Shown piece by piece: positions 61,201 through 64,000 of a stretch of 64,000 bases of DNA (positions within the stretch are counted from its first letter, which is position 1; every line of letters starts with the position of its first letter). The notes below the pieces were generated by a model. The model searched no databases, had not been told where the DNA came from, and worked only from the letters and a program-made list of their open reading frames with translations. The position numbers and the translations under genes were made by a program. Origin of the DNA: Alphaproteobacteria bacterium (lineage in GTDB: Bacteria > Pseudomonadota > Alphaproteobacteria > Micavibrionales > Micavibrionaceae); contig JAJFGS010000001.1 in assembly GCA_021775995.1 (NCBI GenBank), positions 10,195-74,194 of the forward strand. The letters run 5' to 3'.

Positions 61201-62526
61201 GCAATTGGAACTATTGTTGATGTTCGTGTCTTTAACCGTCGTGGCGTCGATAAAGACTCTCGTGCAATGGCAATTGAACGTGAAGAAATTGAACGTCTCG
61301 CAAAAGACCGTGATGATGAACGCCGTATTTTGGAAGATGGTTTCTATGGCCGTTTGGAAGAATTATTGATGGGTCAAAGCGTTGCCAAAGCTTACAAAGA
61401 AGGTGGCTTGAAAAAAAGTGACAAACTGACAAAAGCGAACTTGGGTGAAATCAAGCGTGGTCATTGGCGTCAAATCGTTATTGAAAAAGAAAAAGTCATG
61501 GAAGAAATCGAAGCGATTTCTAAAACCGTTGATGCTTCTGTCGATGATATTAAAGAGCGTTTTGAAAACAAAGTTGAAAAACTTCAACGTGGTGATGAAC
61601 TTATGCCAGGCGTGATGAAGATGGTTAAAATCTTTGTTGCGATTAAACGTAAGATGCAACCCGGTGATAAAATGGCAGGTCGTCATGGTAATAAAGGGGT
61701 TGTATCCCGTATTATGCCACAAGAAGACATGCCATATACGGAAGATGGTCAGCCTGTTGATATCGTGTTGAACCCACTTGGGGTGCCGTCACGTATGAAC
61801 GTGGGTCAGATTTTGGAAACACATCTGGGTTGGGCTTCCGCGAATTTAGGTAAGCAAATTGGTGATATCATTGATGGTTTTGATGATAAGAAAAATCCTG
61901 CTGCTGGTGAAGTTAAAGAACTTAAAGCGAAATTACATGAAGCTTATGGTGATTCAGAATTTGATAGCAAAGTTCAAGAGCTTGACGATAAGGAAGTTGT
62001 CGAAATGGCTGGTAACTTGCGTAAGGGTGTGCCGATGGCAACACCCGTCTTTGATGGCGCGCATGAAGCAGATATTGATATTCTTCTTGAAAAAGCTGGT
62101 TTGAACACAACAGGTCAGGTGACATTGATTGATGGTCGTACAGGTGAAAGATTTGATCGCCCCGTGACGGTTGGTTACATCTATATGTTGAAGTTACACC
62201 ACTTGGTTGATGATAAAATTCATGCTCGTTCAATCGGACCATATTCATTGGTTACGCAACAACCATTGGGCGGTAAGGCTCAATTTGGTGGTCAACGTTT
62301 CGGCGAGATGGAGTGTTGGGCACTGCAAGCTTATGGTGCGGCTTATACGCTACAGGAAATGCTGACCATTAAGTCAGATGACGTTGCGGGTCGTTCGAAA
62401 GTCTACGAAAGTATCGTGCGTGGTGAAGACACATTTGAAATCGGTGTTCCTGAATCCTTTAACGTTCTGACGAAAGAGTTAAAAGCTCTCGGTCTGAATG
62501 TTGATATGAAACAATCAGGTAAATAA
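58255..62526 (+). CDS. rpoB: DNA-directed RNA polymerase subunit beta
   Basis: 1423 aa. It carries [10 protein letters not shown], the rifampicin-region context [32 protein letters not shown], and [13 protein letters not shown]-type segments. Confidence 0.95.
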   Translation: MAKQANKSGKILAANKDVTRGHTGVANDINSYTGRKRVRRSFGKIREVASMPNLIEVQRDSYEAFLQAGIAASERAMQGLHKVLTEVFPIKDFSDKAEIDYVSYELEQPKYDVEECQQRGMTFSAPLRVTLRLSVFDVDEDTGLRSIRDIKEQDVYMVDMPLMTDNGTFVVNGTERVIVSQMHRSPGVFFDHDGGKTHVSGKYLFSTRVIPYRGSWLDFEFDAKDLMFVRIDRRRKLPVTTFMRALNSESTEKYLAECEAKDQEPDPLRIQGMSNEEILSTFYETVSYVKDSKGWKTPFMSESYRGVKLPYDLIDAKTGKIVVEAGEKITPRKGKKLVEDGLKEILVQDEQLLGAYLAEDIFDGGTGQVYFEAGHEITEEDLGELDDFSIKTLPILQIDHTNVGPYVRNTMQVDKCDTREEALIDIYRVMRPGEPPTVESAENLFNSLFFDAERYDLSDVGRNKMNTRLDLETSDEVRVLTKADIIAMLEYLHGLKDGRGEVDDIDNLGNRRVRSVGELMENQIRVGLLRMERAIRERMSSVEIDTYMPHDLINAKPAAAAVREFFGSSQLSQFMDQTNPLSEITHKRRLSALGPGGLTRERAGFEVRDVHPTHYGRICPIETPEGPNIGLINSLATFARVNKYGFIEGPYRRVQNGKVTDEVIYMSAMEEAKYTVAQANATLTDKGGFENDLVSCRKGGDNLMSQAEQIEFMDVSPKQIVSVAASLIPFLENDDANRALMGSNMMRQAVPLLKADAPLVGTGMEATVARDSGAAVTARRSGIVVQIDAKRIVIRATEDLDASEAVVDIYKMQKFQRSNQSTCILQKPLVKVGDEIKAGDIIADGPSTEFGELALGRNVLVAFMPWNGYNFEDSILLSERIVKDDVYTSIHIEEYEVMARDTKLGTEEITRDIPNVGEEALKHLDESGIVHIGAEVGPGDILVGKVTPKGESPMTPEEKLLRAIFGEKAADVKDTSLRLPSGAIGTIVDVRVFNRRGVDKDSRAMAIEREEIERLAKDRDDERRILEDGFYGRLEELLMGQSVAKAYKEGGLKKSDKLTKANLGEIKRGHWRQIVIEKEKVMEEIEAISKTVDASVDDIKERFENKVEKLQRGDELMPGVMKMVKIFVAIKRKMQPGDKMAGRHGNKGVVSRIMPQEDMPYTEDGQPVDIVLNPLGVPSRMNVGQILETHLGWASANLGKQIGDIIDGFDDKKNPAAGEVKELKAKLHEAYGDSEFDSKVQELDDKEVVEMAGNLRKGVPMATPVFDGAHEADIDILLEKAGLNTTGQVTLIDGRTGERFDRPVTVGYIYMLKLHHLVDDKIHARSIGPYSLVTQQPLGGKAQFGGQRFGEMECWALQAYGAAYTLQEMLTIKSDDVAGRSKVYESIVRGEDTFEIGVPESFNVLTKELKALGLNVDMKQSGK

Positions 62527-62531
62527 TTAAG

Positions 62532-63080
62532 ATGAAAAAAATACTTTTACTATCATTTTTAATACTGTTCTCTATTCCTGCCTTTGCAGGAGTAGAGGGT
62601 GACGCCACAGATCAAGAAAAAAGTGCTGGGCAAACTTTTATGCCACTTGCTTTAGACTTTGGTATGGATGATTACGTTTTTGCTACCAGAACGACACCAA
62701 TCTCTATTTTGTATGAATATATACCGAAGGGCCAAAATTTGAAAAGCTGGAACGATATGGCGACTATGACTATGTATGCTCCTAGCAAGCAGTCGGAAGA
62801 AATGTTGTCAAAAATAATTCAAAGTACAATGAAGGCACTTAAAGGTAATATTAAAAATTCTAAAGTTTATGGCTCGGGATCGAAAAAAGTAGGTTTCGTT
62901 GAGTATGTAATTGGCACGGGGGCAATTCAGGAACACAATTTAAATATGACTTGGTTAGTTGCCCCTTACACAGTTGGAAGTTTCCAAATTCAAAAACGTG
63001 GTGGGGCACCGAGTGAAGAGACTAAAGAAAAATTTTTAGAATTAGTAAATAAAACAGCAAAACAAGAACAATTAAAATAG
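62532..63080 (+). CDS. secreted hypothetical protein encoded between rpoB and rpoC
   Basis: 182 aa with signal peptide MKKILLLSFLILFSIPAFA/G. It is Lys-rich and AT-rich. It starts 5 nt after the rpoB stop and ends 49 nt before the rpoC ATG. I recognise no family. Confidence 0.55.
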   Translation: MKKILLLSFLILFSIPAFAGVEGDATDQEKSAGQTFMPLALDFGMDDYVFATRTTPISILYEYIPKGQNLKSWNDMATMTMYAPSKQSEEMLSKIIQSTMKALKGNIKNSKVYGSGSKKVGFVEYVIGTGAIQEHNLNMTWLVAPYTVGSFQIQKRGGAPSEETKEKFLELVNKTAKQEQLK

Positions 63081-63123
63081 ATTCTGACTTACGTCGGGAT
63101 AAAGATTTAAAAGAAAAAGGTAG

Positions 63124-64000
<877 letters not shown>

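Overview
The ribosomal and RNA polymerase proteins look alphaproteobacterial and the DNA looks low in GC; both points are inferences made by eye. The window has seven blocks. (1) 1-14.6 kb is a heavy-metal and metalloid resistance cluster. It holds a CusA-type RND pump translationally coupled to a channel-like gene, two CusF-domain fusion proteins, a glutaredoxin-MauE fusion, a small Cys/His-rich secreted protein, czcCBA, ACR3 and a short CDF transporter. (2) 14.7-23.9 kb is a visibly more AT-rich defence cluster. It holds an HNH endonuclease followed by a tightly packed four-gene operon: an MmeI-like type IIG restriction-modification enzyme, an RloC/PrrC-like AAA_13 ATPase, a GmrSD-like DUF262/DUF1524 nuclease and a small protein with an R-x4-H (HEPN-like) motif. 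This operon is my best candidate for an undescribed multi-layer anti-phage module. (3) 24083-24129 is the 3' half of tRNA-Trp(CCA) with no 5' half. I read it as an attachment-site remnant marking the right edge of the accessory region. (4) 24.3-38.9 kb holds metabolic and membrane genes: a GltS-like FMN protein, YeeE-like and DUF4396 membrane proteins, a cystathionine beta-synthase/gamma-lyase pair, MscS, an orphan VWA-RTX protein, a desaturase, metE-metF with a terminator-bearing leader, and a YiiX-like hydrolase. (5) 39.0-51.4 kb is a divergently arranged two-partner secretion pair whose TpsA is a roughly 3434-aa parallel beta-helix giant. (6) leuA and pdxA follow. (7) 54.5-64.0 kb is secE-nusG-rplKAJL-rpoB-rpoC. 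It has an extra secreted-protein gene wedged between rpoB and rpoC, and a four-copy covarying hairpin motif placed 21-32 nt upstream of the secE, nusG, rplJ and rpoB start codons. I found no CRISPR array, rRNA, intact tRNA, transposase or integrase in the window.
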